From the NCBI GenBank assembly GCA_046327955.1, contig JAXLXP010000004.1, forward strand, positions 497,463 to 561,462: a stretch of 64,000 bases of DNA. Reading direction: 5' to 3'. Each line of letters starts with the position of its first letter. Position 1 is the stretch's first letter. This DNA comes from Candidatus Binatia bacterium (GTDB lineage Bacteria > Desulfobacterota > Binatia > DP-6). The position numbers were made by a program, and so were the translations under genes. Under the pieces are notes generated by a model. That model was given only the letters and a program-made list of their open reading frames with translations. It made no database searches and had not been told where the DNA came from. Shown piece after piece: positions 40,769 through 51,327 of this stretch.

Positions 40769-40919
40769 GGGCAGCGGGACGTCGCTGCGACGGGAAATCC
40801 GGCACCGTTGCAGGGGACTTGCAGCGCCGCCGTTTCCTTGGCAACGTCTGCCGCCGCGCCGGATGGCACTGGCCTTGCTCGGCCGACCGGAAGTCCAGAA
40901 GGAAGAGGAGTAGCGAGGA

Positions 40920-41843
40920 ATGAAGGAGCGCGTTCGTGAGATTCTGAGCTGGTACGGGAGCGACAACCCCGGCACGCTCACCAACCTGGCCCGCCTGCTG
41001 AACCACGGCCGACTGGGCGGGACCGGCAAGCTCGTGATCCTGCCGGTCGACCAAGGCTTCGAGCACGGCCCCGCACGGTCCTTCGCCGCGAATCCGGCCG
41101 GATACGACCCGCGCTACCACTTCGAGCTCGGCATCGCCGCCGGCTGCAACGCCTATGCGGCCCCTCTCGGCTTCCTCGAGGCCGGCGCGGCGGAGTTCGC
41201 GGGTGAGATCCCCCTCATCCTCAAGCTCAACAACTCGGACTCGCTCTACGGCGGCACCGATCCGTGCCCCGCGATCACCGGCAGCGTCGACGAGGCGCTG
41301 CGGCTCGGCTGCGCGGCGATCGGCTTCACGATCTACCCGGCCTCGGCGCACCGCAACGAGATGTACCGCCAGATCCGCGACCTCACCGAGGAGGCGAAGC
41401 GCAAGGGCCTCGCGGTGGTGGTGTGGTCGTATCCCCGCGGGTCCGGCATCTCGAAGGAAGGCGAGACCGCGATCGACGTGGCCGCGTACGCCGCGCAGAT
41501 CGCCTGTCAGCTCGGCGCGCACGTCGTGAAGGTGAAGCCGCCGACGGCGCACCTCGAGCAGGCGGCCGCCAAGAAGGTCTACGAGAAGCAGGCGATTGCG
41601 ACCGGCACGCTGGCCGAGCGCGTGCGCCACGTCGTGCAGAGCGCCTTCAACGGTCGGCGCATCGTGATCTTCTCCGGTGGCGAGGCCAAGGGTAACGACG
41701 CCATCTACGAGGAGATTCGTGGCATCCGCGACGGTGGCGGTTTCGGGTCGATCATCGGGCGCAACTCGTTCCAGCGGCCGAAGAAGGACGCGCTCGACTT
41801 CCTCGCCACCGTCATGGGCATCTACGCCGGCACGGTGAAGTGA
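40920..41843 (+). CDS. fba: Class I fructose-bisphosphate aldolase (archaeal/DhnA type)
   Basis: GAAGAGGAG ribosome-binding site. [22 protein letters not shown] (Schiff-base Lys region) and GRN/GGG phosphate-binding motifs of the DhnA family. Confidence 0.8.
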   Translation: MKERVREILSWYGSDNPGTLTNLARLLNHGRLGGTGKLVILPVDQGFEHGPARSFAANPAGYDPRYHFELGIAAGCNAYAAPLGFLEAGAAEFAGEIPLILKLNNSDSLYGGTDPCPAITGSVDEALRLGCAAIGFTIYPASAHRNEMYRQIRDLTEEAKRKGLAVVVWSYPRGSGISKEGETAIDVAAYAAQIACQLGAHVVKVKPPTAHLEQAAAKKVYEKQAIATGTLAERVRHVVQSAFNGRRIVIFSGGEAKGNDAIYEEIRGIRDGGGFGSIIGRNSFQRPKKDALDFLATVMGIYAGTVK

Positions 41844-42832
41844 TGGCGGACGGCGGCAACGGGCTGGAGGTGCTGTCGCGCGCGTTCCTCCGCGTCGCGG
41901 AGGATGCCGCCATCGAGGCGGCGCGCACGATGGGGCAGGGGAAGCGGAAGTACTCGGACCACGTCGCGGTCGAGGCCATGCGCAAAGCGATGGACGCGCT
42001 GGCGATGCGCGGTACCGTCGTGATCGGCGAAGGCGAGCGCGACGAGGCGCCGATGCTCTTCATCGGCGAGAAGGTCGGCCGGGGCGCGGCCGACGACCTC
42101 GAGGTCGACATCGCCGTCGACCCGCTCGAGGGGACGAACCTCTGCGCCACCGGATCGCCCGGGGCGATCGCGGTGCTCGCCGCGTCCAACAGGGGCGGGC
42201 TCTTGAACGCGCCCGACTGCTACATGGACAAGATCGTGGTGGGCCCCGCGGCCCGCGACGCGATCGACCTCGATGCGCCGGTCGAGACCAACCTCAAGGC
42301 GATCGCGAAGTGCCTCAACCGCGACGTCGAGGATCTCGTCGTCATCGTGCTCGAGCGCGAGCGGCACGAGAAGCTGATCGCCGACATCCGCGCCGCCGGC
42401 GCGCGCATCAAGCTCATCAGCGACGGCGACCTTTCGGCCGGGATCACGGCGGCCGTCCGCGGCACCAACGTGCACGCGGTCATGGGGATCGGCGGTGCGC
42501 CGGAAGGCGTGCTCGTCGCCGCGGCGCTGCGCTGTCTCGGTGGCGGGATGCGCGCGCGCCTCGTGCCCACGAAGCCGGGGCAGGAGGAGCGGTTCCGCAA
42601 GATGGGCATCACCGACATCACCCGCGTCTACACCGAGCGGGACCTGGCGCCCGGCTCGGACATCCTGTTCGTGGCCACGGGCGTGACCGACGGCGTGCTC
42701 ATGCGCGGCGTCCGGTTCTTCGGCGGCGGGCTGCGCACCAGCTCCATCATCATGTCGCTGCGCGATCGCCACATCCGGTTCATCGACACGGTCCGGATCG
42801 ACGAAGGCAGCGACGTCGTCGTCGAGTTCTGA
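41843..42832 (+). CDS. glpX: Fructose-1,6-bisphosphatase class II
   Basis: GlpX motifs [38 protein letters not shown]. Overlaps the fba stop. Confidence 0.9.
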   Translation: MADGGNGLEVLSRAFLRVAEDAAIEAARTMGQGKRKYSDHVAVEAMRKAMDALAMRGTVVIGEGERDEAPMLFIGEKVGRGAADDLEVDIAVDPLEGTNLCATGSPGAIAVLAASNRGGLLNAPDCYMDKIVVGPAARDAIDLDAPVETNLKAIAKCLNRDVEDLVVIVLERERHEKLIADIRAAGARIKLISDGDLSAGITAAVRGTNVHAVMGIGGAPEGVLVAAALRCLGGGMRARLVPTKPGQEERFRKMGITDITRVYTERDLAPGSDILFVATGVTDGVLMRGVRFFGGGLRTSSIIMSLRDRHIRFIDTVRIDEGSDVVVEF

Positions 42833-43069
42833 CGCAGCCGTGCGGTCCCGGGCGCCGTGGCACACTGTGCCATCACGGCGCACGGTGCGCGCGCGGCACG
42901 CGGCAGCAGCCCTGGGAAGGCGCAGGGAGGTGCGCGAGGCGTCGGGCACGGCGGCGCCGGAACCTCGCGAATCCGCGGGGCTTGCCGCGCCCGCGCGGCC
43001 GGGGGTCGCTGCGGGGCGCGGCCTGGCACCGGGGTTGCTCTTCGCCGTCGAGCAGCAGGAGGGGATTCG

Positions 43070-43357
43070 ATGGACGTTACACTCGCAGTCGATACGGTGC
43101 AGGTCGTCGAGGTCGTCGGCTTGGTCCTGGCGGCAGGCTGGATGGCGCGGCGGCTGCTCTATGTCGAGGACGGTCGCTGGACCCCGGTGGCGGGCGTGCT
43201 GGCCTTCCTCGCGGGATTCGGGCTCTTTGGGCTCGGTGGCTGGGACGTGGGGCCGGTGATCGACGGACTCGCGATCGTCCCGCCGTTCGCCGGAGCGCTG
43301 GTCGTCACGGCGGCGTTCAAGCTCGTGGAATTCGGCGCGGCCGTTCCGCGCTGGTAG
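43070..43357 (+). CDS. Small membrane protein, unknown function
   Basis: AGGAGGGG ribosome-binding site 7 nt upstream of the ATG. Three predicted TM helices. About 95 aa. Confidence 0.4.
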   Translation: MDVTLAVDTVQVVEVVGLVLAAGWMARRLLYVEDGRWTPVAGVLAFLAGFGLFGLGGWDVGPVIDGLAIVPPFAGALVVTAAFKLVEFGAAVPRW

Positions 43358-43379
43358 CGTCCTCGTCCGCCCGCGCGTC

Positions 43380-44222
43380 CTAGCGCGCGGGTCGCAGATA
43401 GTGCCAGCTCTCCCCGGGGGCGAGCGGCACGATCCGGCCGGCCGGTAGGCCCTCCGCGCGGCACGCATCGACGAAGGCGGCCACCGGGTCCGACGCGTGC
43501 CACCACAGCGGCGGCAGCCCGTGCGCCCCGTACGCCATGGGTACCACGTACGCCGGGCGCAGCAGCGCGGTCGCGCGCGCGGCCTCCGCCGCGTTCATCT
43601 CGCGCAGGAACCCGACCACCCGCCGGCCGCCGACCGGGAGCAGCGCCACGTCGAGGCGCGGCCAGGCGGTGGCGATGTCGACGAGGCCCGAGAAGTAGCG
43701 CGTGTCGCCGGCGAGGTAGGCGTGCAGGCCGTGCGCCGAGAGCACGTAGCCGTTCTCGTGGACGGCATGGGACGCGGGCACGGCGGTGATCTCGACGTCG
43801 TTCACCGTCGTGTGGTCCCAGTAGCCGAGCGACCGCACGTCGCGGAAGCCGAGCTCGGCGAGCGTCGCGGCGAGGTCGGGTGGTCCGATCGCGATCGCGA
43901 CCGTCTTGGCGAGCTCGGCGAGCGCGCGCCGGTCGAAGTGCTCGGGATGCCGGTGCGTGACGAGGACGGCGGCGAGCGGCGGCAGGCCCTCGGGTACGAT
44001 GCCGAGCGGCTCGGCTTGCCGGGTGAGGAAGCCCGAGTGGAACCATGGGTCGACGAGGAGGCGAGTCGCCCGCAGCTCGACGATGGCCGCGCCGTGCACG
44101 ATGCGCGTGACGCTCAGATCGGCGTCCGACGGGTGGAAGCTCGACGCCCGCGGGCGCGGAATCGCCCCGCAGCCGGCGACCAGCAGCGCGACGCCGAGGA
44201 GGGTGGCGGTGATCGATCTCAT
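43380..44222 (-). CDS. MBL-fold metallo-hydrolase lipoprotein
   Basis: Lipobox LLVAGCGA. THRHPEHFD (HxHxDH) metal-binding motif. Confidence 0.7.
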   Translation of the reverse strand: MRSITATLLGVALLVAGCGAIPRPRASSFHPSDADLSVTRIVHGAAIVELRATRLLVDPWFHSGFLTRQAEPLGIVPEGLPPLAAVLVTHRHPEHFDRRALAELAKTVAIAIGPPDLAATLAELGFRDVRSLGYWDHTTVNDVEITAVPASHAVHENGYVLSAHGLHAYLAGDTRYFSGLVDIATAWPRLDVALLPVGGRRVVGFLREMNAAEAARATALLRPAYVVPMAYGAHGLPPLWWHASDPVAAFVDACRAEGLPAGRIVPLAPGESWHYLRPAR

Positions 44223-44671
44223 GCGTGTCCCATCTGGCGCAGCGCCTCGTAGAGGACGATGCCGACCGCGTTGGCGAGGTTGAGGCTGCGCACGTGCGGG
44301 CTTCGCATCGGGATGCCGTAGAGCTCGGCCCCGAGGTCGCTCCGGACGGCGGCCGGCAGGCCGCGGCTCTCGCCGCCGAACACGAGCGTGTCGTCGTCCC
44401 GGTACGTGACCTGCGTGTAGCTGCGTGGGCTGTGCGCGGTGAAGCCGACGAGCCGTCCAGGACCGTGCGCGGCGCGGAACGCGGGCCAATTCGCGTGGCG
44501 CACGACCCGCACGTGCGGCCAGTAGTCGAGCCCGGCGCGGCGGAGGTGGCGATCGTCGATCACGAAACCCAGGGGGTCGACGAGGTGGAGGATGCTGTCG
44601 GTGGCGACGCAGAGGCGGCCGATCGAGCCGGTGTTCTGCGGGATTTCGGGTGCGACGAGAACGACGTGCAC
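44219..44671 (-). CDS. trmL: tRNA (cytidine/uridine-2'-O)-methyltransferase TrmL (SpoU family)
   Basis: MHVVLVAPEIPQNTGSIGRLCVA, VFGGESRGLP, NAVGIVLYE motifs. Confidence 0.8.
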   Translation of the reverse strand: MHVVLVAPEIPQNTGSIGRLCVATDSILHLVDPLGFVIDDRHLRRAGLDYWPHVRVVRHANWPAFRAAHGPGRLVGFTAHSPRSYTQVTYRDDDTLVFGGESRGLPAAVRSDLGAELYGIPMRSPHVRSLNLANAVGIVLYEALRQMGHA

Positions 44672-44683
44672 GGCACGGCCGCC

Positions 44684-45154
44684 TCAGCCGCTCTGGCCGT
44701 TCAGGGTGATGCGCCGGCCGCGGCCCACCGGCAGCTCGCAGGCGTCGCCCGGCCCCGGCTCCGCGAAGCGCATGAGCGCGTAGTAGGCCGGGCGCAGGAA
44801 CCGCGCCTCGTGCGCGCCGTCCTTCACCCGGCAGTAGAGCACGTGGTCGGAGCCCGTGCGCAGCGACCCGGGATCGAGCGGCTCGCGCGTGCCGTCGTTC
44901 AGCGCGACCGCGAAGCCGAGCGCGGGATCGCCGTCGATGCCGGTGACCACCCACGGCGTGTCCTCGAGCGTGACCCAGGCGCGGTCCTCGCCGAGCACGA
45001 GGCGCGCGCGGCCGTCGGGCAGGACCTCGAGCGCGCGGCTGAACAGCGACGCGATCGCGCGGTTCGGGATCGGCTCGCCGTCGCAGTACCAGCGTCCGTC
45101 CTTCCCGAAGACGATCGATCCGGCGGCGATCGGTGAGAACCCGACGCGCGGCAT
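44684..45154 (-). CDS. DUF1285-family protein
   Basis: IVFGKDGRWYCDGEPIPN...WVVTGIDGD pattern. Confidence 0.55.
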   Translation of the reverse strand: MPRVGFSPIAAGSIVFGKDGRWYCDGEPIPNRAIASLFSRALEVLPDGRARLVLGEDRAWVTLEDTPWVVTGIDGDPALGFAVALNDGTREPLDPGSLRTGSDHVLYCRVKDGAHEARFLRPAYYALMRFAEPGPGDACELPVGRGRRITLNGQSG

Positions 45155-45157
45155 CGC

Positions 45158-45607
45158 TCAGGCCGCCTCCCGGCTGTCGAGCAGGATCGTGACCGGCCCG
45201 TCGTTCACGAGGTGCACCGCCATGTGCGCCTGGAAGCGGCCGGTCGCCACCGGCACCGGGCCGGACCGCGCGACGTCGACGAAGCGCTCGAAGAGCGCGC
45301 GCGCCTGCTCGGCCGGCGCGGCGTCGGTGAAGGACGGCCGCCGGCCGCGCCGGCAGTCGCCGTACAACGTGAACTGCGAGACCAGGAGGAGCGCGCCGCC
45401 GACCTCCTCGACGGAGTGCGCGAAGCGCCCGGCGTCGTCCTGGAATATCCGCAGCCCGGTCACCTTGCGGCAGAGGTAGTCGGCGTCGGCGGGGGTGTCG
45501 GCGGCCGCCACGCCGACCAGCACGCAGAGCCCGCGGCCGATCGCGCCGACGACCTCGTCGTCCACGCTGACGCGGGCCTCGGCAACGCGCTGCACGACCG
45601 CTCGCAC
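45158..45607 (-). CDS. dtd: D-aminoacyl-tRNA deacylase
   Basis: GTG start [19 protein letters not shown] and the SQFTL...GRRPSF motif. Confidence 0.85.
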   Translation of the reverse strand: MRAVVQRVAEARVSVDDEVVGAIGRGLCVLVGVAAADTPADADYLCRKVTGLRIFQDDAGRFAHSVEEVGGALLLVSQFTLYGDCRRGRRPSFTDAAPAEQARALFERFVDVARSGPVPVATGRFQAHMAVHLVNDGPVTILLDSREAA

Positions 45608-45688
45608 GCGGGGCGTTAAAGCACGATCGACAGACGCGGGCGAGTGGCGCCGCCGGCGGGCCTCCGCTACTATCGCGGCGCGCCAGGC

Positions 45689-46456
45689 ATGATTCCCGAC
45701 ATCCTCCACATCGGGCCAATCCCGATTCACGTCTTCGGAATCATGCTCGCGCTCGCCTTCCTCGCGTCGGGTTGGGCCGCGGGGAGAGAGTTCGAGCGCC
45801 GCGGCCTCGACCGCGAGGTCGGCTCGTCGGCGGTCGTCTGGGCCGCCGTCGGCGGCATCCTCGGCGCGCGGCTCTGGGTCATCGTCGAGGAGTGGCACAG
45901 CTTCGTCGCCGATCCGCTCGGGTTGCTGCTCACGGGCGGCGGGTTCGTCTTCTACGGCGGCTTGCTCGGTGGCGCCCTCGCGATGGCGATCCTCTTCCGT
46001 CGCATCGGGGTGTCGTTCCTCGCCGGGGCGGATGCCTGCGCGCCGGCCGTCGCGCTCGGGCAGGCGATCGGACGCTGGGGCTGCCAGCTCTCCGGCGACG
46101 GCGACTGGGGAACCGAGACCACGCTGCCGTGGGGTATGCGGTATCCCTACGCGGTCGTCGGCTGGGACAAGCCGCCGGGTGTCTACGTGCACCCGACGCC
46201 GATCTACGAGTCGGCTCTCTACTTCGCGATCTTCGCGATGCTCTGGCGGCTGCGGCACCGGATTGCTCCGGATGGGACGATCTTCTGCTGGTACCTGGTG
46301 CTGTCGGGGACGGCCCGCTTCTTCGTCGAGTTCGTCCGGATCGAGCCCAAGGTCCTCTTCGGCTTCTCGCAGGCCCAGGTCACCAGCGTCGTGATCGTCG
46401 CCGTCGGGACGGCGATTCTCCTCGCGCAGCGCGCATGGCGGACCGCCGCGGCCTGA
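45689..46456 (+). CDS. lgt: Prolipoprotein diacylglyceryl transferase
   Basis: Lgt signature [11 protein letters not shown]...FYGGLLGG...[20 protein letters not shown]. The ORF opens at 45644; the ATG at 45689 ([10 protein letters not shown]) is the more likely start. Confidence 0.8.
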   Translation: MIPDILHIGPIPIHVFGIMLALAFLASGWAAGREFERRGLDREVGSSAVVWAAVGGILGARLWVIVEEWHSFVADPLGLLLTGGGFVFYGGLLGGALAMAILFRRIGVSFLAGADACAPAVALGQAIGRWGCQLSGDGDWGTETTLPWGMRYPYAVVGWDKPPGVYVHPTPIYESALYFAIFAMLWRLRHRIAPDGTIFCWYLVLSGTARFFVEFVRIEPKVLFGFSQAQVTSVVIVAVGTAILLAQRAWRTAAA

Positions 46457-46980
46457 CCGCGATCGTCGGCGTCGCCGCCCTCGGCCTTCTGGCCGCGGTC
46501 GCGTTCGTCGGCGTGCGGCAACGCTCGAACGATCTGGCCGCGGACTTCGTCCTGCCGGATCTGAAGGGCCAGGCGGTCCGTCTGTCCGCGCTGCGCGGCA
46601 AGGTCGTGCTGGTGAACGTGTGGACGACGTGGTGCCCGCCTTGTCGCGAGGAGATGCCGTCCATGGAGCGGCTCTTCCAGAAGATGGCGGGCCGAGACTT
46701 CCAGCTGCTCGCCGTGAGCGAGGACGAAGGCGAGCCCGCCACCGTCGAGGAGTTCGTTCGCACGATGCAGGTGTCCTTCCCCGTGCTGCTCGACCCGGAG
46801 CACCAGGTGGGCGACCGTTACGGGGTGTGGGGCTACCCCGAGACCTTCATCGTCGACCGCGCGGGGCGACTGGCGGAGCGGGTGATCGGGCCCCGGACGT
46901 GGGACGCGCCGGCGACGGTGGCGCAGATCGAGCGCCTGCTCGAGACGAGCGCGGTTGCCGGGGAACCGCGGGAGGAATAG
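46435..46980 (+). CDS. TlpA-like thiol:disulfide oxidoreductase (thioredoxin fold)
   Basis: N-terminal TM anchor. WCPPC active site. ResA/TlpA-like. Confidence 0.75.
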   Translation: MADRRGLTAIVGVAALGLLAAVAFVGVRQRSNDLAADFVLPDLKGQAVRLSALRGKVVLVNVWTTWCPPCREEMPSMERLFQKMAGRDFQLLAVSEDEGEPATVEEFVRTMQVSFPVLLDPEHQVGDRYGVWGYPETFIVDRAGRLAERVIGPRTWDAPATVAQIERLLETSAVAGEPREE

Positions 46981-47062
46981 GAATGACCGAGCGGCGGTTT
47001 TTCACTTGCCGCGGCGGCCCCTATAGTGGAAGCACTGTGCGGCACGCGGGCACGAGGAGTCG

Positions 47063-48460
47063 ATGAGCGGCAGACGGCGAACGGGCTGGGTGACGGTGGC
47101 GGCGGTGGCGCTCGCCCTGGCGGTGCTCTTGTCGGGCGGCCGCTGGGTGGGCGGGGTCGGGGCCTCGGCGAAGGAGAACTACGAGGAGCTCGAGGTCTTC
47201 ACCAACATCATGACCATCGTCCAGAAGAACTACGTGGAGGAGGTCCCCACGAAGAAGCTGGTCGAGGGAGCGATCCAGGGCATGCTGGTGGCGCTCGACC
47301 CCCACAGCGCGTACCTCACCCCCGAGCTGTACAAAGAGCTCCAGGTCGACACCAAAGGCACCTTCGGTGGGCTCGGCATCGAGATCACCAACCGCAACGG
47401 CCTGCTCACGGTCGTCTCCCCGATCGAGGACACGCCGGCCTACCGCGCCGGCATCAAGACCGGCGATCAGATCATCAAGATCGACGGCGAGCTCACCAAG
47501 GACATGCCGCTCTCCGAGGCGGTCAAGAAGATGCGCGGGGCGCCCAACACGAGGGTCACCCTGACGATCCGCCGCGAGACGCGTGCCGATCTCTTCGACG
47601 TCGGCTTGAATCGCGAGGTCATCAAGATCCAGAGCGTCAAGTCGAAGATGCTCGAGAAGAACTACGGGTACGTTCGCATCACGCAGTTCCAGGAGCGTAC
47701 CGACGACGACGTCGAGAAGTCGCTGCGGACGCTCGACAAGGACGCCGGCGGCCTGAAGGGCCTCGTCCTCGACCTCCGGAACGATCCGGGCGGCCTGCTC
47801 ACGCAGGCGGTGCACGTGTGCGACCTCTTCCTCGACTCGGGGCTCATCGTCTACACGGATGGCCGCCTCGAGAACCAGAAGCAGCGCTACTACGCGCACA
47901 AAGCGGGGACCTTCGGCGACGTGCCGATGGTCGTGCTCGTCAACGGCGGCAGCGCCAGCGCCTCGGAGATCGTGGCGGGTGCGCTGCAGGACCAGAAGCG
48001 CGCGATCGTGCTCGGCACCACCACCTTCGGGAAGGGCTCGGTGCAGACGATCCTGCCGCTCGACGACAACTCGGCGCTGCGGCTCACCACGGCGCGCTAC
48101 TACACGCCGAGCGGCCGCTCCATCCAGGCAACCGGCATCGTGCCCGACATCGTGATGGACCAGACGGGCGCGCTCGCCAAGGCCGACAAGCCAGGCGGGC
48201 TCAACGTGCGCGAGGCCGACCTTCCGCGCCACCTGGAGCAGCCCCACGCCGCCGTCAAAGAGTCGGGCAAGCCGTCGGAGCACAAGGTGGAGGCGGCGGC
48301 CAAGGGCGCGGCCGACGAGGACGCCGAGGCCAAGCCGGCCATCGACGAGAAAGACCTGAAAGAGGGCGAGCCGGGGAAAGACCCGCAGCTCGACCGCGCC
48401 GTCGAGCTCCTCAAGAGCTGGCACGTCTTCAAGCCCACGGTCGCCCGCTCCGACGGGTGA
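47063..48460 (+). CDS. ctpA: Carboxyl-terminal processing protease (S41A)
   Basis: PDZ domain (GIKTGDQIIKIDG). S41 catalytic region (LVNGGSASASEIVAGALQD...TTFGKGSVQ). Confidence 0.85.
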   Translation: MSGRRRTGWVTVAAVALALAVLLSGGRWVGGVGASAKENYEELEVFTNIMTIVQKNYVEEVPTKKLVEGAIQGMLVALDPHSAYLTPELYKELQVDTKGTFGGLGIEITNRNGLLTVVSPIEDTPAYRAGIKTGDQIIKIDGELTKDMPLSEAVKKMRGAPNTRVTLTIRRETRADLFDVGLNREVIKIQSVKSKMLEKNYGYVRITQFQERTDDDVEKSLRTLDKDAGGLKGLVLDLRNDPGGLLTQAVHVCDLFLDSGLIVYTDGRLENQKQRYYAHKAGTFGDVPMVVLVNGGSASASEIVAGALQDQKRAIVLGTTTFGKGSVQTILPLDDNSALRLTTARYYTPSGRSIQATGIVPDIVMDQTGALAKADKPGGLNVREADLPRHLEQPHAAVKESGKPSEHKVEAAAKGAADEDAEAKPAIDEKDLKEGEPGKDPQLDRAVELLKSWHVFKPTVARSDG

Positions 48461-49824
48461 TGCGCGGGCCCGCGGCCGCCGCACCCCGTATCCTCACGGT
48501 CTCGGAGTTGGCGCGCCGCCTGCGCGGCGTGCTCGAGCGCGAGTTCCCGCGCGCGCTGTGGGTGGCCGGCGAGCTGTCGAACTGGAAGCGCCACACCTCC
48601 GGGCACTGCTACTTCACCCTCAAGGACGAGGAGAGCCAGCTCCGCTGCGCGATGTTCCAGCGCGCGGCGCGCACCCTGATCTTCGACCCGCACGATGGCA
48701 TGGACGTCGTCGCGGCGGCACGCGTCGATCTCTATCCCGTCCGTGGCGACCTGCAGCTCATCGTCGAGGCGATGGAGCCGCGCGGGCTGGGCGCGCTGCG
48801 GCTCGCGTTCGAGCAGCTCAAGGCGAAGCTCCAGGCCGAGGGGCTCTTCGCCGCGGAGCGCAAGCGGCCGCTGCCGCGCTTCCCGCAGACGATCGGGATC
48901 GTGACCGCCCTCACCGGCGCCGCGGTGCACGACCTGCGCACGACGTTGCGCCGCCGCTGGCCGCAGGCGCGCGTGCTCGTCCGCCCCGTGCGTGTGCAGG
49001 GAGAGGGTGCGGCGGCCGAGATCGCGGCGGCGGTGGCGGACTTCGCCCGCGTCCCCGAGGTCGACGTCCTGATCGTCGGTCGCGGCGGCGGGTCGCTCGA
49101 GGACCTGTGGGCGTTCAACGAGGAGGTCGTCGCGCGCGCGATCGCGGCGGCGCCGGTACCGGTGATCTCGGCGGTCGGCCACGAGGTCGACTTCACGATC
49201 GCCGATTTCGTCGCCGATGCGCGCGCCTCCACGCCCACCGGCGCCGCGGTGATGGCGACGCCGGACCGCATCGAGCTGGTCGAGCAGGTCACGCGCACCG
49301 CGCAGCGACTCGTCACCGCGCTGCGCCAGCGGGTGCGGCTGGCGGGCGAGTCCCTGACGCGGCTCGAGCGGGCGCTCGGCGATCCCAGGCGGCGGGTGCA
49401 GGACGTCGGCCGGCGCGTGGACGAGCTCGCGGTCCGCAGCCGGCGGGCGCTCGTGCGGCGGATCGCGTGGGATCGCCGCGAGCTGGGGCAGCTCGCGCAG
49501 CGGCTCGAGCGCGGCGGCCCCGCGGCGCGCGTTGCCCGCGTGCGTGCCGACGTGACACGGCTCCGCGAGCGGCTGGAGGTGGCGGTCGTCCGCCGGCTCG
49601 AGCAGTCCCGTGCGGCGGCGGCGACTCGGGGCGCGACCTTGCAGGCGCTCTCACCGCTCGCCTGCCTCGATCGCGGCTACGCGATCGTGCGCCGGGGGGG
49701 AGCCGACGGCCCGGTGGTTCGCGACGCGGCGGTGCTGGCCCCAGGGGATGCGGTCGCGCTACGCTTCGCGCGCGGTGAGGCGCGGGCGCGCGTCGAGTCG
49801 ACGACGATGAAGGACAAAGGATGA
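48460..49824 (+). CDS. xseA: Exodeoxyribonuclease VII large subunit
   Basis: OB-fold start (LTVSELARRLRGVLE...WVAGELSNWKRHTSGHCYFTLKD). Catalytic region (IGIVTALTGAAVHD, RGGGSLEDLWAFNEE). Overlaps the ctpA TGA. Confidence 0.85.
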   Translation: MRGPAAAAPRILTVSELARRLRGVLEREFPRALWVAGELSNWKRHTSGHCYFTLKDEESQLRCAMFQRAARTLIFDPHDGMDVVAAARVDLYPVRGDLQLIVEAMEPRGLGALRLAFEQLKAKLQAEGLFAAERKRPLPRFPQTIGIVTALTGAAVHDLRTTLRRRWPQARVLVRPVRVQGEGAAAEIAAAVADFARVPEVDVLIVGRGGGSLEDLWAFNEEVVARAIAAAPVPVISAVGHEVDFTIADFVADARASTPTGAAVMATPDRIELVEQVTRTAQRLVTALRQRVRLAGESLTRLERALGDPRRRVQDVGRRVDELAVRSRRALVRRIAWDRRELGQLAQRLERGGPAARVARVRADVTRLRERLEVAVVRRLEQSRAAAATRGATLQALSPLACLDRGYAIVRRGGADGPVVRDAAVLAPGDAVALRFARGEARARVESTTMKDKG

Positions 49825-50066
49825 CGGAGACCAAGGACGAGCCCCGATTCGAGGACGCGCTGGCGGAGCTGGAGGGCGTCGTGCGGCGGCTCGAGCAGGG
49901 CGAGCTGCCATTGGAAGAGTCGCTCGCCGCCTTCGAGCGCGGCATGGCGCTGGTGCAGTTGCTCGGCGAGCGGCTGGCCGACGTCGAGCAGCGGGTCGAG
50001 GTACTTCTCAAGAGCGAGGCCGGCCGCCTGTCGACCAAGCCCCTGGCCGAGGAGGACGACGCCTGA
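49821..50066 (+). CDS. xseB: Exodeoxyribonuclease VII small subunit
   Basis: FEDALAELEGVVRRLEQGELPLEESLAAFERGMAL. ATGA overlap with xseA. Confidence 0.85.
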   Translation: MTETKDEPRFEDALAELEGVVRRLEQGELPLEESLAAFERGMALVQLLGERLADVEQRVEVLLKSEAGRLSTKPLAEEDDA

Positions 50067-50957
50067 TGGACCTCGATCGGTACCTGACCGCGCGGACCCG
50101 CTTCGTCGAGCGCGCGCTCGCGCGCGTCCTGCCCCCGGGGCGCGAGCGGCTGCGGCAGGCGATGCGCTACAGCCTGTTCGCCGGCGGCAAGCGCATCCGG
50201 CCCATCCTGGCGCTGGCGGCGGGCGAGGTGGCCGGGGTGGCGCCGAAAGTGGTCCTGCCCTTCGCGTGTGCGCTCGAGATGGTGCACACGTACTCGCTGG
50301 TCCACGACGACCTGCCCGCGATGGACGACGACGACGTCCGGCGCGGCCGCCCGACGAGCCACAAGGTCTACGGCGAGGGGCTCGCGATCCTCGTCGGCGA
50401 CGCGCTGCTCACCGAGGCGTTCCGCGTGATGGCGCAGGCGCGCGGGGTTCCGCCGGAGCGCGTGGTCGCCGCCATCCACGAGGTCGGCCGGGCGGCGGGG
50501 GAGGCGGGCATGGTGGGCGGGCAGGCGCTCGACCTCGCGGCCGAGGGCGCACGGGCGACGCTCGCGCGGGTGCGCGCGATCCACCGCCGCAAGACCGGGG
50601 CGCTGCTGGTGGCGTCGGTGCGGGTCGGCGGGCTGGTTGCCGGGGCGTCCCCGGCGCTGCTGCGCCGGCTCGACGGCATACGGCGAGCACCTGGGGCTCG
50701 CCTTCGAGATCGCCGACGACGTGCTCGACGCCGTCGAGGAGGCGGACGCCGACGGGCGCACGGATCGCGAGCTGGGCAAGGTGACGTATCCCGCGGCGCT
50801 CGGCATGGATGGTGCGATCGCCGCCGCGGCCCGCGAGCGGCTGGCGGCGCTGCGTGCCGTCGGGCCGCTCGGGGCCGTGGCCGAGCCGCTGCGGGCACTG
50901 GCCGACTACGTCGTCGCGCGCGCCGAGGCGGTGCGGGCGGACGCACCGGCGGCCTAG
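50066..50957 (+). CDS. ispA: Farnesyl-diphosphate synthase (short-chain prenyltransferase) with apparent frameshift at about 50680
   Basis: First DDxxD (LVHDDLPAMDDDDVRRGRPT) is in the frame of ORF 50066. The second (YGEHLGLAFEIADDVLD...GKVTYPAALG) and the C-terminus are in the frame of ORF 50637-50957. Removing one G in GACGGCATAC restores ...LLRRLDAYGEH.... Confidence 0.7.
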
Positions 50958-51128
50958 GACCGCGCTCCGGCGGTGCGCATGCGGAGTGCCGGGCCGCGTG
51001 CGCCCTCCGTGCGCGCCGGGTGCACACCGGGCGGCCCGCTGTGCCGCGCCGGCCACAGGCCGGGGCAAAACGCCACGCGCTCGCGGCGGTACGGCGGTTG
51101 CTCTTGCTCCTCCCCAGGAGGTTTCACC

Positions 51129-51275
51129 ATGGAGCTGCGAGTGAACCGGATGATCGCCTTCACCATCGTTTTCACGTTCCTCACCGTGATGATCATGCGT
51201 GAGACCGCCAACGGCCTGCGCCAGATGGCGCGCGAGGCTGGCCTGCCGACGCCCGTCGTCGTCGCGCAGAACTGA
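51129..51275 (+). CDS. Small (48 aa) membrane peptide, unknown function
   Basis: AGGAGG ribosome-binding site 7-8 nt upstream of the ATG. Single TM helix MIAFTIVFTFLTVMIM. Confidence 0.35.
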   Translation: MELRVNRMIAFTIVFTFLTVMIMRETANGLRQMAREAGLPTPVVVAQN

Positions 51276-51327
51276 CGAGCCGTCGCGCCGCTGGACGGCC
51301 GGCCGGTCCGACGCTACCAGGGGGGCG

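Noticed and set aside
46981-47062. Possible intrinsic terminator or small RNA between the tlpA-like gene and ctpA (cggcggtttttcacttgccgcggcggcc)
   Set aside because: Only an imperfect GC stem around a T-run. It cannot be supported without folding.
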